From a bacterium (lineage in GTDB: Bacteria; Sysuimicrobiota; Sysuimicrobiia; Sysuimicrobiales; Humicultoraceae): a stretch of DNA of 54,161 bases. The stretch's first letter is position 1; each line of letters begins with the position of its first letter. Location: contig JBGQGY010000009.1 of NCBI GenBank assembly GCA_041497675.1, forward strand, positions 1-54,161. The letters run 5' to 3'. The notes below the pieces were generated by a model, which saw nothing but the letters and a program-made list of their open reading frames with translations, did no database searches and had not been told where the DNA came from. This document shows, piece after piece, positions 18,995 through 28,571 of this stretch. The position numbers and the translations under genes are program-made.

Positions 18995-20107
18995 GTGCGG
19001 ATTGCGTCGGTACGGGCCGTGACCGTGCGTATTCCTCTTGAGGCGCCGGTCGTCCTCGGAGGCGGCCTGCGGATCAGCGAGCGCGAGTATGTGCTGGTGG
19101 TCCTGACGGCCGAGGGCGGGTTGACCGGCGTTGGGTGGAGTTATACGCGTGGAGGCGATCTCGCCGGCGTCGTCCGGCGGAATCTTCGGGGGTTGATCGA
19201 AGGCCGTGACGCGCTGGCGATCGAGCCGCTGTGGGCGGCGATGTATCACGCGACCCGCCATATCGGCCGGAGCGGGATGGTCATGCGGGCGATCAGCGCC
19301 GTCGATGTGGCCCTCTGGGATCTGGCGGGCCAGATCGCGGGCCGGCCATTGCACGCGCTGCTCGGCGGCCACCGGATCGACGTACCGGTGCTGATGGCCG
19401 GCATGTACTATACGGAAGGCCGCCGGCCAGAGGACGATGCGCGCGAGGCCGCCGCCTACACAGACAAGGGGTTTCGGATGGTCAAGCTCATGGGTGGGGC
19501 GGCGCCGTTCGAGGTCGATCTGGCGAGGGTCAAGGCTGTGCGCCGGGCGGTCGGTGATGACGTCCGCGTCGCGCTCGACGTCAACGGCGCGTGGCAGGGG
19601 ATCACCGCGGGCGCCGACTACACACGTGCGTTGGCCGATCTGGGGATCGCGTTTGTCGAGGAGCCCGTGCTCACCGAGGATCTCGAGGGGCTCCGTGCGT
19701 TGACGGCGGCGTCATCTGCGCCGATCGCGTGCGGGGAAGTCGACTCCGGACGCTGGGCGTTTCGCGAACTCATCGGGGCGGGTGTCGATATCCTGCGCCC
19801 CGACGCGACCGTGGTCGGTGGGATCAGCGAGTGGGTGAACGTGCACGCGATGGCGTCTCGTTGGGGGCGCGCCGTCATCCCCCATGACTTTCCATACGTG
19901 CACATCCACCTGGCCGCCGGTCTGCCCGGCGTGGACGCTGTGGAGTACGTCACGACGGCCGGTGGGATCAGCAACTTTCACCATCTTGTGCGGTCACCGA
20001 TGGAGCCGCGCAACGGGATGCTGACCGCTCCAGGCGCGCCGGGGCTCGGCCTGACGATCGACTGGGACGCGGTCGAGCGATACGCGGTGCGGGAGGACGC
20101 GACATGA
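18995..20107 (+). CDS. Mandelate racemase/muconate lactonising enzyme family protein
   Basis: AISAVDVALWDL, metal ligands D(VN)/EEP/GE, RPD, IPH; start could be 18965 or 18980. Confidence 0.88.
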   Translation: MRIASVRAVTVRIPLEAPVVLGGGLRISEREYVLVVLTAEGGLTGVGWSYTRGGDLAGVVRRNLRGLIEGRDALAIEPLWAAMYHATRHIGRSGMVMRAISAVDVALWDLAGQIAGRPLHALLGGHRIDVPVLMAGMYYTEGRRPEDDAREAAAYTDKGFRMVKLMGGAAPFEVDLARVKAVRRAVGDDVRVALDVNGAWQGITAGADYTRALADLGIAFVEEPVLTEDLEGLRALTAASSAPIACGEVDSGRWAFRELIGAGVDILRPDATVVGGISEWVNVHAMASRWGRAVIPHDFPYVHIHLAAGLPGVDAVEYVTTAGGISNFHHLVRSPMEPRNGMLTAPGAPGLGLTIDWDAVERYAVREDAT

Positions 20108-20862
20108 CCGGGGCGCCGAAGGTTGCGATGGTGACCGGCGGGGGCGGGGGGATCGGCGGGGCGATTGCCGTCCGCCTGGCCGCCGACGGCATGACCGTCG
20201 CGGTCACCGACGTGGCGCCGGATACCGCACGCCGCACGGCCGGCGCCATCGCGCAACAGGGTGGGCGGGCCAGCATCTTCGCGCTGGATGTCACCGATCC
20301 CGGGCAGGTCGACGCCACCGTCGATCGCATCGTTGCCGAGATGGGCCGCCTCGACGTGTTGGTCAACTGCGCCGGGATCCAGTTCAACTGCGCGAGCGAG
20401 GATCTCCGCCCCGAGGATTACCTGCGCGTGCTCGCGGTCAACCTGCACGGCACGGTGTTTTGCTGTCAGGCGGCCGGCCGGCAGATGATCCGGCAGGGCG
20501 GCGGGGTGATCATCAACATTTCGTCGATGGCGTCGTCGTTTGGCTGGCCGCGGCGGATGCCGTACGCTGTGACCAAGGCCGGTGTGGCCGCGCTGACCCG
20601 GTCGCTCGCCGTCGAATGGGCGCCGCACAACATTCGGGTCGTCGCCATCGCCCCGGGGTATGTCGCAACAGACCTGGTGCGCCACGCCTTCGAACAGGGA
20701 CACATCAAGTCCGACGTCGTCTTGGGCGAAATCCCGCAGCGCCGCCTCGCCGAACCCGAAGAGATCGCGAACCTCGCGGCGTTTCTGGCCTCTCCGGCGG
20801 CGGCGTACATTACAGGGCAGGAGATCGTCGCCGACGGCGGATTCTCCGTGTATAAGCTGTGA
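20104..20862 (+). CDS. Short-chain dehydrogenase/reductase (FabG-like)
   Basis: TGGGGGIG, VNCAG, NISS, YAVTK, IAPG, ADGG. Confidence 0.92.
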   Translation: MTGAPKVAMVTGGGGGIGGAIAVRLAADGMTVAVTDVAPDTARRTAGAIAQQGGRASIFALDVTDPGQVDATVDRIVAEMGRLDVLVNCAGIQFNCASEDLRPEDYLRVLAVNLHGTVFCCQAAGRQMIRQGGGVIINISSMASSFGWPRRMPYAVTKAGVAALTRSLAVEWAPHNIRVVAIAPGYVATDLVRHAFEQGHIKSDVVLGEIPQRRLAEPEEIANLAAFLASPAAAYITGQEIVADGGFSVYKL

Positions 20863-20917
20863 GTGTGATGGACATTCACGGTCACACGCTCGTCATCGAC
20901 GGGGGGTGGTTAGGACG

Positions 20918-22345
20918 ATGAACCAGGCCACATTTCGAGCCGGGGTGGGCCGCGTGACGATCACGCCGCCCCTGACAATTCCGCACGCGGGGTGGGGAGC
21001 GCAGACGCACATCCTGCCTGACGGGATCGAGACCGATCTCTGGGCGACGGTCCTCGTCGTGGATGACGGTCGTGAGACGGCGGCCATTGTGGATCTCGAT
21101 CTCGTGATCCTCACCGGGGAGGAGTCTGAGGCCGTTCGACGGGCGGTGGCCCGGGTCCTCAAGATCGATCCGAGAGGCGTGCGGGTGTCGCTGACGCACA
21201 ATCACGCCGGGCCTCCTCCGAGTGATTGGGATTGGGTCGAGGAAGGTCTGGCAGCGCACAAGGCGTACTATGCGTCGCTCCCGGATGTCATCGCGGGCGC
21301 CGCCCGACTGGCGCTGAACACGATGAAACCGGCCCGGGTCGGGGTCGGCGCGGGTGAGAGCCGCGTGGCGAAGAATCGCCGGGAGACCGCGCCCGGTGGC
21401 CGCACCGTCACCGGCACGAACTTCTCAGGGCCGATCGATCCACAGGTGCTGGTGATCCGCATCGACGCTCAGGACGGCAGTCCGCTGGCGGTCGTGTGCG
21501 GCTACACGATGCACCCCACGACCCTGGGGCCGACGAATCGTCTGCTGAGCTCCGACTGGCCCGGTCACCTGAAGCGCACGGTGGAAACGATGACCGGCGC
21601 GACGTGCCTTTTCGCCCAGGGCGCGACGGGCAACGTGGGTCCAGGGCCCGAGGGGTTTACGGATGACGTGCGTGTCGTGCGCACGCTGGGGCTGCAGGTC
21701 GGCTGCGAGGCCGTGCGTGTCCATGCGTCGATGCATCTCCCGCCGGTACAGTTCAGGCACGAGCGCATCTGGGAATCAGGCGCCCCGTTGGGCCGATGGG
21801 CGGCGGCGCCGGTGACCGAACGGGCGCCGGTGGTTCGCAGCCGGAGCCATCCGTTACGGCTGCCGCTGCTGCCGCAGCCGTCGTTGGCCGACGTCGAGGC
21901 GAAGCGGACCGAAGCGCAGGCGAAGCTGCAGGGTCTGATTGCGCGCGGCGCGCCCGCGGCCGACATCGAGGCTGTCACCTGGGTCACCAAGCGTGCGAAC
22001 ATGGCCGTCCGGCGCGTGCAGCTCTTTGGCGGCCGGTCAGAGCTGGCGGTGGAATTGCACGCGCTGCAGATCGGCCCTGCCGTGCTGGCGGCGATCCCCT
22101 GTGAGCCGTTTTGTGACATCGCGCTCGCGATCAAAGCGGGGTCGCCATTTCCGTTCACCTGGTTTGGGGGGTACGTCGGTGGATGGTTCGGGTACCTCCC
22201 GGTGCCGGAAGAATACGCGCGGCGCGGGTACGAAGTCGATACCACGCCGTATGCGCCGGAGGCCGCGCGTGTGGTGATCGACGGCACGGTGTCCCTGCTC
22301 AAAGAGATGCACAGGGACTGGTCCGCGGAAACTATGATTACCTGA
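20918..22345 (+). CDS. Neutral/alkaline ceramidase N-terminal-domain family hydrolase
   Basis: AGVGRVTITPP, THNHAGP, NRR, DPQV, MHPT, SSDWPG, QGATGN, PCEPF, GYLP motifs. Confidence 0.75.
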   Translation: MNQATFRAGVGRVTITPPLTIPHAGWGAQTHILPDGIETDLWATVLVVDDGRETAAIVDLDLVILTGEESEAVRRAVARVLKIDPRGVRVSLTHNHAGPPPSDWDWVEEGLAAHKAYYASLPDVIAGAARLALNTMKPARVGVGAGESRVAKNRRETAPGGRTVTGTNFSGPIDPQVLVIRIDAQDGSPLAVVCGYTMHPTTLGPTNRLLSSDWPGHLKRTVETMTGATCLFAQGATGNVGPGPEGFTDDVRVVRTLGLQVGCEAVRVHASMHLPPVQFRHERIWESGAPLGRWAAAPVTERAPVVRSRSHPLRLPLLPQPSLADVEAKRTEAQAKLQGLIARGAPAADIEAVTWVTKRANMAVRRVQLFGGRSELAVELHALQIGPAVLAAIPCEPFCDIALAIKAGSPFPFTWFGGYVGGWFGYLPVPEEYARRGYEVDTTPYAPEAARVVIDGTVSLLKEMHRDWSAETMIT

Positions 22346-22355
22346 AGCGCTGAGC

Positions 22356-23309
22356 ATGGTCTCCAGGCGGTACATCGCGCGGCGGCTGGTCCACTTGATC
22401 CCCGTGCTTTTTGTGGTCAGCACGGTGGTCTTCTTTGCGTTTCGGGTGGTGCCCGGCGATCCGGCGCAGTTGATCCTAGGCGTAGACGCCACGCCCGAAG
22501 CCCTGGCGGCGCTGCGGCATGAGTTGGGGCTCGACCAGCCGATGATCGTCCAGTACGGCGTCTGGTTGAGTCACGTGGTGCGTGGCGACCTCGGTATCTC
22601 CCGCCTGGAAGGTCACCGTCGCGTCGTCGATGTGCTGCGGCCGAAGATTCCCGTCACGCTGGAACTGGTGATCGTCGCGGTGGGCTTTGCCCTGATGCTC
22701 GCCATCCCGCTTGGCGTGGCGGCCGCAGTGCAGGCGGGCCGGCGCGTCGATCAGATCGCCCGCGTCGTCGCCATGCTGGGGTTCAGCACGCCGAGCTATT
22801 GGCTGGCGATTCTGCTGATGCTTCTTTTTTCAGTCAAACTGAGATGGCTCCCGGCCGGCGGCTACACGGCGCCCGGCCGGGATTTCTTTGGTCACGTGCA
22901 GGCGCTCGTGTTGCCGGTCGTCACGGTGGGCTTCATTCAGGCGGCCAGCCTGGTGCGGTTTCTTCGCGCCGGCATGCTGGAAGTGCTCGCGCTCGATTAT
23001 GTCAGGACGGCCCGCGCGAAGGGACTGACCGACCGGGCCGTCATCTACGGCCACGCGCTGAAGAACTCGCTGATTTCGCTGATCACGGTATTGGGGACCA
23101 ACGTGGGTGGGTTGATCGGCGGGCTCGTCGTGACCGAGCAGATTTTTGCCTGGCCCGGGCTCGGCTGGCAGATGGTCACGTCGATCAATATGCGCGACTA
23201 CCAGGTCGTGCAGGGCGCGGTGCTCTACACGGCGCTGATGTTCGTCACGATCAACCTGCTCGTCGATCTCTGCTACGTGTGGCTCGACCCGAGAATCCAC
23301 TATGAGTGA
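22356..23309 (+). CDS. DppB-like ABC permease
   Basis: VPGDPA, GDLG, DYVRTARAKGL, HALKNS. Confidence 0.92.
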   Translation: MVSRRYIARRLVHLIPVLFVVSTVVFFAFRVVPGDPAQLILGVDATPEALAALRHELGLDQPMIVQYGVWLSHVVRGDLGISRLEGHRRVVDVLRPKIPVTLELVIVAVGFALMLAIPLGVAAAVQAGRRVDQIARVVAMLGFSTPSYWLAILLMLLFSVKLRWLPAGGYTAPGRDFFGHVQALVLPVVTVGFIQAASLVRFLRAGMLEVLALDYVRTARAKGLTDRAVIYGHALKNSLISLITVLGTNVGGLIGGLVVTEQIFAWPGLGWQMVTSINMRDYQVVQGAVLYTALMFVTINLLVDLCYVWLDPRIHYE

Positions 23310-24192
23310 GGCGCTGCCCAACAAGGACGCCGGGTGGATGCCCGCCCGCATCTCCAACCGCGGGCGGCGGTGGCGCCGGTTCCTGCGTGATCGGGTCACC
23401 GTCCTCGGTGTGGTGCTCTTTGGCACCCTGGTTATCCTCACCGGTCTGGCGACCGTTCTCGCCCCGTATCCCTACGACCGGTTCGCGGGCTTGCCCCTGC
23501 AGCCACCCGGACGGCCGTTTCTCCTCGGCACCGATGAGGTCGGCCGCGATCTGTTCAGCCGCATGTTGCACGCAGGCCGGATCTCGCTCGGGGTAGGATT
23601 GGGCGCAACGTCGCTGGCCGCGGGGATCGGGCTTCCACTCGGGCTGATCGGCGGGTATTTCGGCGGGCGGCTTGACAGCATCGTCATGCGTACGATGGAC
23701 GGCCTGCTGGCGTTTCCGGCGCTGCTGCTCGCGCTGACCGCCGTGGCGGTGCTCGGACCGAGCGTCCGCAACATCATCATTGCTATCGGGCTGGTGTCGG
23801 TGCCGATCTTTGCCCGTCTGGTGCGTGCCAGCACGCTGGTGTTCAAGCAGCGTGACTTCGTCGAGGCGGCGCGGGCGATAGGCGCCAGTGACGGCCGCAT
23901 CCTATTGCGCACGATTCTTCCAAACTGTCTGCCGCCGCTGACCGTGCAGTTTACGCTCACCTTTGCGACTGCGGTGCTGACCGAGGCCGGGTTGAGCTTC
24001 CTGGGACTCGGTGTCCGGCCGCCGGCGCCATCCTGGGGGATGATGCTCAATACCGGTCGGAACGTCATGGCCCTCGCTCCGCTGTATCCCGTGATTGCCG
24101 GCGCTGCCGTCTTTGTCACCGTTTTGAGTTTGAACCTGATCGGCGACGGACTGCGCGATACGTTCGACCCGCACCAGTTCACGCGAACCTAG
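23302..24192 (+). CDS. DppC-like ABC permease
   Basis: LGTDEVGRDLFSR, FVEAARAIGA, PSWG, GDGLRD. Confidence 0.92.
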   Translation: MSEALPNKDAGWMPARISNRGRRWRRFLRDRVTVLGVVLFGTLVILTGLATVLAPYPYDRFAGLPLQPPGRPFLLGTDEVGRDLFSRMLHAGRISLGVGLGATSLAAGIGLPLGLIGGYFGGRLDSIVMRTMDGLLAFPALLLALTAVAVLGPSVRNIIIAIGLVSVPIFARLVRASTLVFKQRDFVEAARAIGASDGRILLRTILPNCLPPLTVQFTLTFATAVLTEAGLSFLGLGVRPPAPSWGMMLNTGRNVMALAPLYPVIAGAAVFVTVLSLNLIGDGLRDTFDPHQFTRT

Positions 24193-24204
24193 GAGGGAGA
24201 AGCG

Positions 24205-25626
24205 ATGGCTCTCGAGATGGGGATTGGTCGAGCGTGCATTACTCCACCCCTGGACATTCCGAATGGCATGTGGGTCGCACAGCGACATGTGCGGGGTGAA
24301 GGGTTAGATATGGACTTACTGGCCACCGTGCTCGTCCTGGCTGATGGCGAAACGCGCGTGGCGTTAGTCGATCTAGATCTCTGTTTCCTGCAGGACGCAC
24401 TTGCGACGGCTATTCGCAAGACGACGGGTCAGGCAGCACGCGTTCCTCCAGAAAATGTGCTCCCCTTCTGCACCCACAGCCACGCCGGACCGCTCACCCT
24501 CGCCGGCTTTCGCGGCGACGGGGAGGAGCGGGTACACAGCTACATGCAGTCACTCCCTGACTTGATTGCCGGCGCAGCAGCCCAGGCGGCACGGTCAATA
24601 CAACCTGTTCGAGTAGCCGTCGGCCTCGGGCGTTCCGACATCGGGGTCAACCGCGATCTGCGTCTTCCGGATGGGCGGTTCATCGTCGGCTGCAACCCGA
24701 ATGGCTTTTGCGATCCCGAAGTCGGCGTCATGCGCATCGACACTGTCGGCGGCAAGCCGTTGGCTTGCATCGTCAACTACGGATGTCATCCAACAGTGCT
24801 GGGGCCGGGGAACAAGCTGATCAGTCCCGACTATCCGGGAAGTACGAGAAAGATCGTTGAGCAGATCACCGGTGCGACGTGTTTTTTCCTCCAGGGAGCG
24901 GGAGGAAACGTGGGTCCGGTGGAGACGTTCGTCGCCGACGCAACCGTAGCAAGACGATTGGGCACGCGGCTTGGTTTGGAAGCTGCACGTGTCCATATGG
25001 GGCTGGATACACGCCCTGTCCAGACGCGTCTCCGAAATGTCATTGAATCGGGCGCGACGCTGGCTGAATACGAAGAGGTGCCGACGGACACGCCGGCCCC
25101 CCGGTTGGCCATCGCGAATGCGTTTGCAGAGCTTCCCATGCGCTCGCCGTTGGCTGAGATCTATGAGAAAGCCCCGGAACAATTGGTGGAATGGAAGGCC
25201 AAACTGATCGACTTGATCAACCAGAGCGCCGAGCCGAGCGCCGTCGCGGCGGCTCTTCAGCGGGTCACGCGGCTGCAACTCAGAGCCGATCGTGTGCTCC
25301 GCTACAGGGGCAAGAAAACCCTTCCTGTCGAGATACATGCCGTCCGCCTTGGGGACGCCGCCATCGCCGCGATCTCGGGTGAGCCGTATAGCGAAATCGG
25401 GGCTGAGGTCAAACGTCGCTCGCCGTTTCCTCAAAAAACACTGTTCGCGGGCTATGTCGACGGAGACATGATGTATATTCCAACGGCAGAGGTGTTTGGC
25501 TATCAACCACCCCCGATGGAAGTAGATAATTCGCCCTATGCTCCTCAGGCCGCTCAAGTTGCCATCGATCAGCTGGTGCAACTGCTCGTGGACTGCAGTA
25601 TGGAGGATGGGTCGGCAGCCCGTTGA
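24205..25626 (+). CDS. Second neutral-ceramidase-like hydrolase (paralog of 20918..22345)
   Basis: AGGAGG RBS; ITPP, THSHAGP, NRD, DPEV, CHPT, SPDYPG, QGAGGN, GEPY. Confidence 0.75.
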   Translation: MALEMGIGRACITPPLDIPNGMWVAQRHVRGEGLDMDLLATVLVLADGETRVALVDLDLCFLQDALATAIRKTTGQAARVPPENVLPFCTHSHAGPLTLAGFRGDGEERVHSYMQSLPDLIAGAAAQAARSIQPVRVAVGLGRSDIGVNRDLRLPDGRFIVGCNPNGFCDPEVGVMRIDTVGGKPLACIVNYGCHPTVLGPGNKLISPDYPGSTRKIVEQITGATCFFLQGAGGNVGPVETFVADATVARRLGTRLGLEAARVHMGLDTRPVQTRLRNVIESGATLAEYEEVPTDTPAPRLAIANAFAELPMRSPLAEIYEKAPEQLVEWKAKLIDLINQSAEPSAVAAALQRVTRLQLRADRVLRYRGKKTLPVEIHAVRLGDAAIAAISGEPYSEIGAEVKRRSPFPQKTLFAGYVDGDMMYIPTAEVFGYQPPPMEVDNSPYAPQAAQVAIDQLVQLLVDCSMEDGSAAR

Positions 25627-25654
25627 AGTAGGCGGGGCAGGAGGGATGACAGCC

Positions 25655-27202
25655 ATGCTGAAAAGCCGCCGAATGTTGTGGGCAATGGCGCTGCTCGCGG
25701 GCCTGGCGCTCGTGCCCGCGGTGCCGTCACAATCCGGGCCTGTGCAACCCAAGCGGGGCGGGACGCTGACCGTTGGCATCAACGCCGACGCAGCCACGCT
25801 CAACCCGTTCGTGTTTAGATTTAACGTCGAGCGCAACGTCCTGCACATGACTCACGAGACCTTCGTCAACTACGACCTGCAGACGCTCGAGCTGGCCAAT
25901 ACCGGCGCGCTCCAGGCGTGGGAGGTCTCCCGCGACGGGTTGACCTACACGCTGCGCCTGTGGCCCAATCTGAAGTTTCATGACGGCTCGCCGGCCACGG
26001 CCGAGGACGTGAAATGGTCGTTGGAGAAGGCGGCGGAGCCGGCGTCCGCCCGAACGGCCGCGCTGCTCACCCTCGTGGATCGGGTCGAAGTGACAGACAC
26101 TCGCACGGTGCGGGTCATCATGAAGAGTCCGGACAATATCTTCAGCGACACGCTGGTCGACGTCTGGCTGGCGAAGAGGGGTACCCCGGATGCGGACCTC
26201 GCCACCAGGCCCAACGGCACAGGGCCGTTCAAGCTTGTGCGGTGGGACCGCGCCCAGGCCTTCGAGTTTGAGCGGAACCCGGACTACCACGTTCAGGGGA
26301 AGCCCTATGTCGACCGGCTGATCTTCCGCGTCATCCCCGACGGTACGGTCCGGCAGCTGCAGCTGTTCAACGGGCAAGTCGACTTCGCCGACGCGCTCCC
26401 GATCGCCAGCGTGGCGCAGTTCAAGCTCAACCGGAACCTGGACGTCTACGAGATCCGTGGGAGCAATGTCACGGGGCTCGTGTACTTTTGCCTGAGCGAC
26501 GTTACCCCGCCGTTCAACGACAAGCGGGTGCGGCAGGCGGCTAGTTTCGCGATCGACCGGACAAAAATCAAGACTCTGCTGTTCGGCCTGCACGACCCGC
26601 GGGGCTGGTCGATCCCCAAGGGCACCCCGTTCTTTGCGGCCGACCAGGCGGACTATGGGCGGCGAAACGTAGCAAAGGCGAAGCAACTGCTCGCCGAAGC
26701 CGGTAATCCCAGCCCTGAGTTTGAGCTGATCTATCATGCCACGGGGTTTGCCGAGGACATTATCGCGCAGGCGGTGGAACAGTCGCTGAAAGATGTGGGG
26801 TTCCGTGTGAACCTCCGGCCCGTGGAGATCGGCCAGTACGTTGCGCAGGTGCTCAGCCCGCCGTTCCGGTTCCAGGGCGGCCTGACCAGCATCGTGCCAA
26901 AGCCCAATGCCTACGACCAGCTTAACCACCCGTACGGCAAGCTCAACGGCCAGGCGCTGCAGTACAACCGCGTCAACCCCTCTTTCTATGAGAAGCTGCA
27001 GGCGGCGCGCTCCATCGCGGACCCGGCCAGGTTCAAACTGGCCATTCAAGAGCTCCAGAAGATCGCCGCTGAGGATCAGCCGGCCATCATCGTCGGCGGG
27101 GCGAGGTTCATTCCCCTGCACGCCGCCTACAAATACGTGAAGGGATTCGTCATTCATCCACAGCAGCGGTTCTTCTTCACCGACGCCTGGCTGGACAAGT
27201 GA
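25655..27202 (+). CDS. Opp/Dpp family-5 ABC SBP (copy A)
   Basis: Signal peptide; PKRGGTL, KFHDGSPATAEDVKWS, GTGPFK, PFNDKRVRQA. Confidence 0.92.
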   Translation: MLKSRRMLWAMALLAGLALVPAVPSQSGPVQPKRGGTLTVGINADAATLNPFVFRFNVERNVLHMTHETFVNYDLQTLELANTGALQAWEVSRDGLTYTLRLWPNLKFHDGSPATAEDVKWSLEKAAEPASARTAALLTLVDRVEVTDTRTVRVIMKSPDNIFSDTLVDVWLAKRGTPDADLATRPNGTGPFKLVRWDRAQAFEFERNPDYHVQGKPYVDRLIFRVIPDGTVRQLQLFNGQVDFADALPIASVAQFKLNRNLDVYEIRGSNVTGLVYFCLSDVTPPFNDKRVRQAASFAIDRTKIKTLLFGLHDPRGWSIPKGTPFFAADQADYGRRNVAKAKQLLAEAGNPSPEFELIYHATGFAEDIIAQAVEQSLKDVGFRVNLRPVEIGQYVAQVLSPPFRFQGGLTSIVPKPNAYDQLNHPYGKLNGQALQYNRVNPSFYEKLQAARSIADPARFKLAIQELQKIAAEDQPAIIVGGARFIPLHAAYKYVKGFVIHPQQRFFFTDAWLDK

Positions 27203-27212
27203 TTCGGCGGGG

Positions 27213-28568
27213 CTAGCTGGACGGGAGATGCGCCGCGACGTCGACCGACGTCGTGGTGGGATCCAACGAGCGCACGATCCGCAGATGGCCGGATTCATCG
27301 AGGCTCACGGTGCGGGGGGGCACGGCGTCGCCGGAGCGGTCCTGGACCACTTTGACGACGGGCCGTGACGGGTCACGCTCGCTGGGGCGCAGCACCACGG
27401 CCAGCTCTCCGCTGTCGAGCTCCACGACCGACCCAACCGGATAGCGGCCGACGGCGCGCACGAAGATGTGGGCCGCGTCCGGATCGAAGATCTCCCCCGC
27501 GCGGGTCGCCACGAAGGCCATGGCCTCGGCGGGGAGCATCGGCCGGTGATCGGTGCGTCTCGAGTGCGTGGCCGCATCGTAGAACTCGGCCACCTGGACG
27601 ATCCGGGACAGCGGATGCGGAACCGATTTCATCATGATCCGGGGATAGCCCGACAGGTTGAAGTTGGCGTGATGCTCGAACGCCACGATCATGGCGAGCC
27701 GTGACGGTCCGGCCAGGTTGCGCAGCAGGTGCGCGCCGTAGAGCGTGTGACGCCGTACGACGACCAGTTCATCGTCGGTGAGCCTGGCGGGTTTGGTTAG
27801 GATCTCCCGCGGGATCCTGACTTTGCCGATGTCGTGCAGCAAGGCTCCCAGACCCAGCGTCATGAGCTGCGGCCGCTCCATGCGGCTCTGGACGCCGATC
27901 ATGAGGGCCAGGATCGTGACGTTCACCGAATGGTGGAGGGCGCTCTCGTCGTAGTGCTTGAGCACGGCCAGACCCTGTAGTGCCGCTTTGTCGTCCGCCA
28001 TGACCTCGATCATCGAACTGACCACCAGGCTCGCCTTCTTCATGTCCAGCGGCAGCTCGCGTGCGGCCTGGAAGTGAAGATCGTCAATCATCCGCAACCC
28101 GGCACGGTACACATCGCGTGGGTCGACACGCAGCCCGGACTCCTCATCCGAGGAGAGGGCCCTGACCGTTCCGATGCGGATATGCCGGACGTCCTGCATG
28201 GACAGCACGGAGGCCGCCCCGCCGTGGCGCCGCAGTTCCTCGGGGGACGCAACCAGCACGTCGACCAAACGGCCGAGTTCTGCGGGCTCTAATCCTTCTT
28301 GGAGCTCGATCATGCCGATCTCGCGTTCCCGCAGGTCGGCAAGCATCGAGGGGAGCCGGAGGCTTTCCTCGAGCAGCACCGTCCTGCCCGCAAAGAACGT
28401 CTCTTCATGCACGAAGAATCGCACCGAGTGGCGGTCTGTCAGGAAGTCCTGGATCGTTCCGTGCACCTCACCCAGCGTCTGCCGGGTCACAGGGTGCGCG
28501 GTGCCGTACAGGGCCGCGGTGCGCCTGATCCGAGACAACCCCCGCAGGATCTCGCCTGGGCGGACCAT
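27213..28568 (-). CDS. HD-GYP domain protein (putative cyclic-dinucleotide phosphodiesterase) with uncharacterised N-terminal domain
   Basis: HHSVNV, LLHDIGK, KPARLT, HHANFNLSGYP, VAEFYDA, FDP; C-terminal YPVGSVVELDSGE motif. Confidence 0.88.
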   Translation of the reverse strand: MVRPGEILRGLSRIRRTAALYGTAHPVTRQTLGEVHGTIQDFLTDRHSVRFFVHEETFFAGRTVLLEESLRLPSMLADLREREIGMIELQEGLEPAELGRLVDVLVASPEELRRHGGAASVLSMQDVRHIRIGTVRALSSDEESGLRVDPRDVYRAGLRMIDDLHFQAARELPLDMKKASLVVSSMIEVMADDKAALQGLAVLKHYDESALHHSVNVTILALMIGVQSRMERPQLMTLGLGALLHDIGKVRIPREILTKPARLTDDELVVVRRHTLYGAHLLRNLAGPSRLAMIVAFEHHANFNLSGYPRIMMKSVPHPLSRIVQVAEFYDAATHSRRTDHRPMLPAEAMAFVATRAGEIFDPDAAHIFVRAVGRYPVGSVVELDSGELAVVLRPSERDPSRPVVKVVQDRSGDAVPPRTVSLDESGHLRIVRSLDPTTTSVDVAAHLPSS

Positions 28569-28571
28569 CGG

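Noticed and set aside
20863..20887. GTGTGA...TCACAC inverted repeat as a CRP site
   Set aside because: Spacing does not fit TGTGA-N6-TCACA and no promoter is evident
25727..27298. Long antisense or alternative-frame ORFs (also 875-2218, 4944-6563, 42566-43798, 46120-47925, 52857-53843)
   Set aside because: Shadow ORFs expected from high GC3; no recognisable motifs; the opposite frame encodes clear proteins
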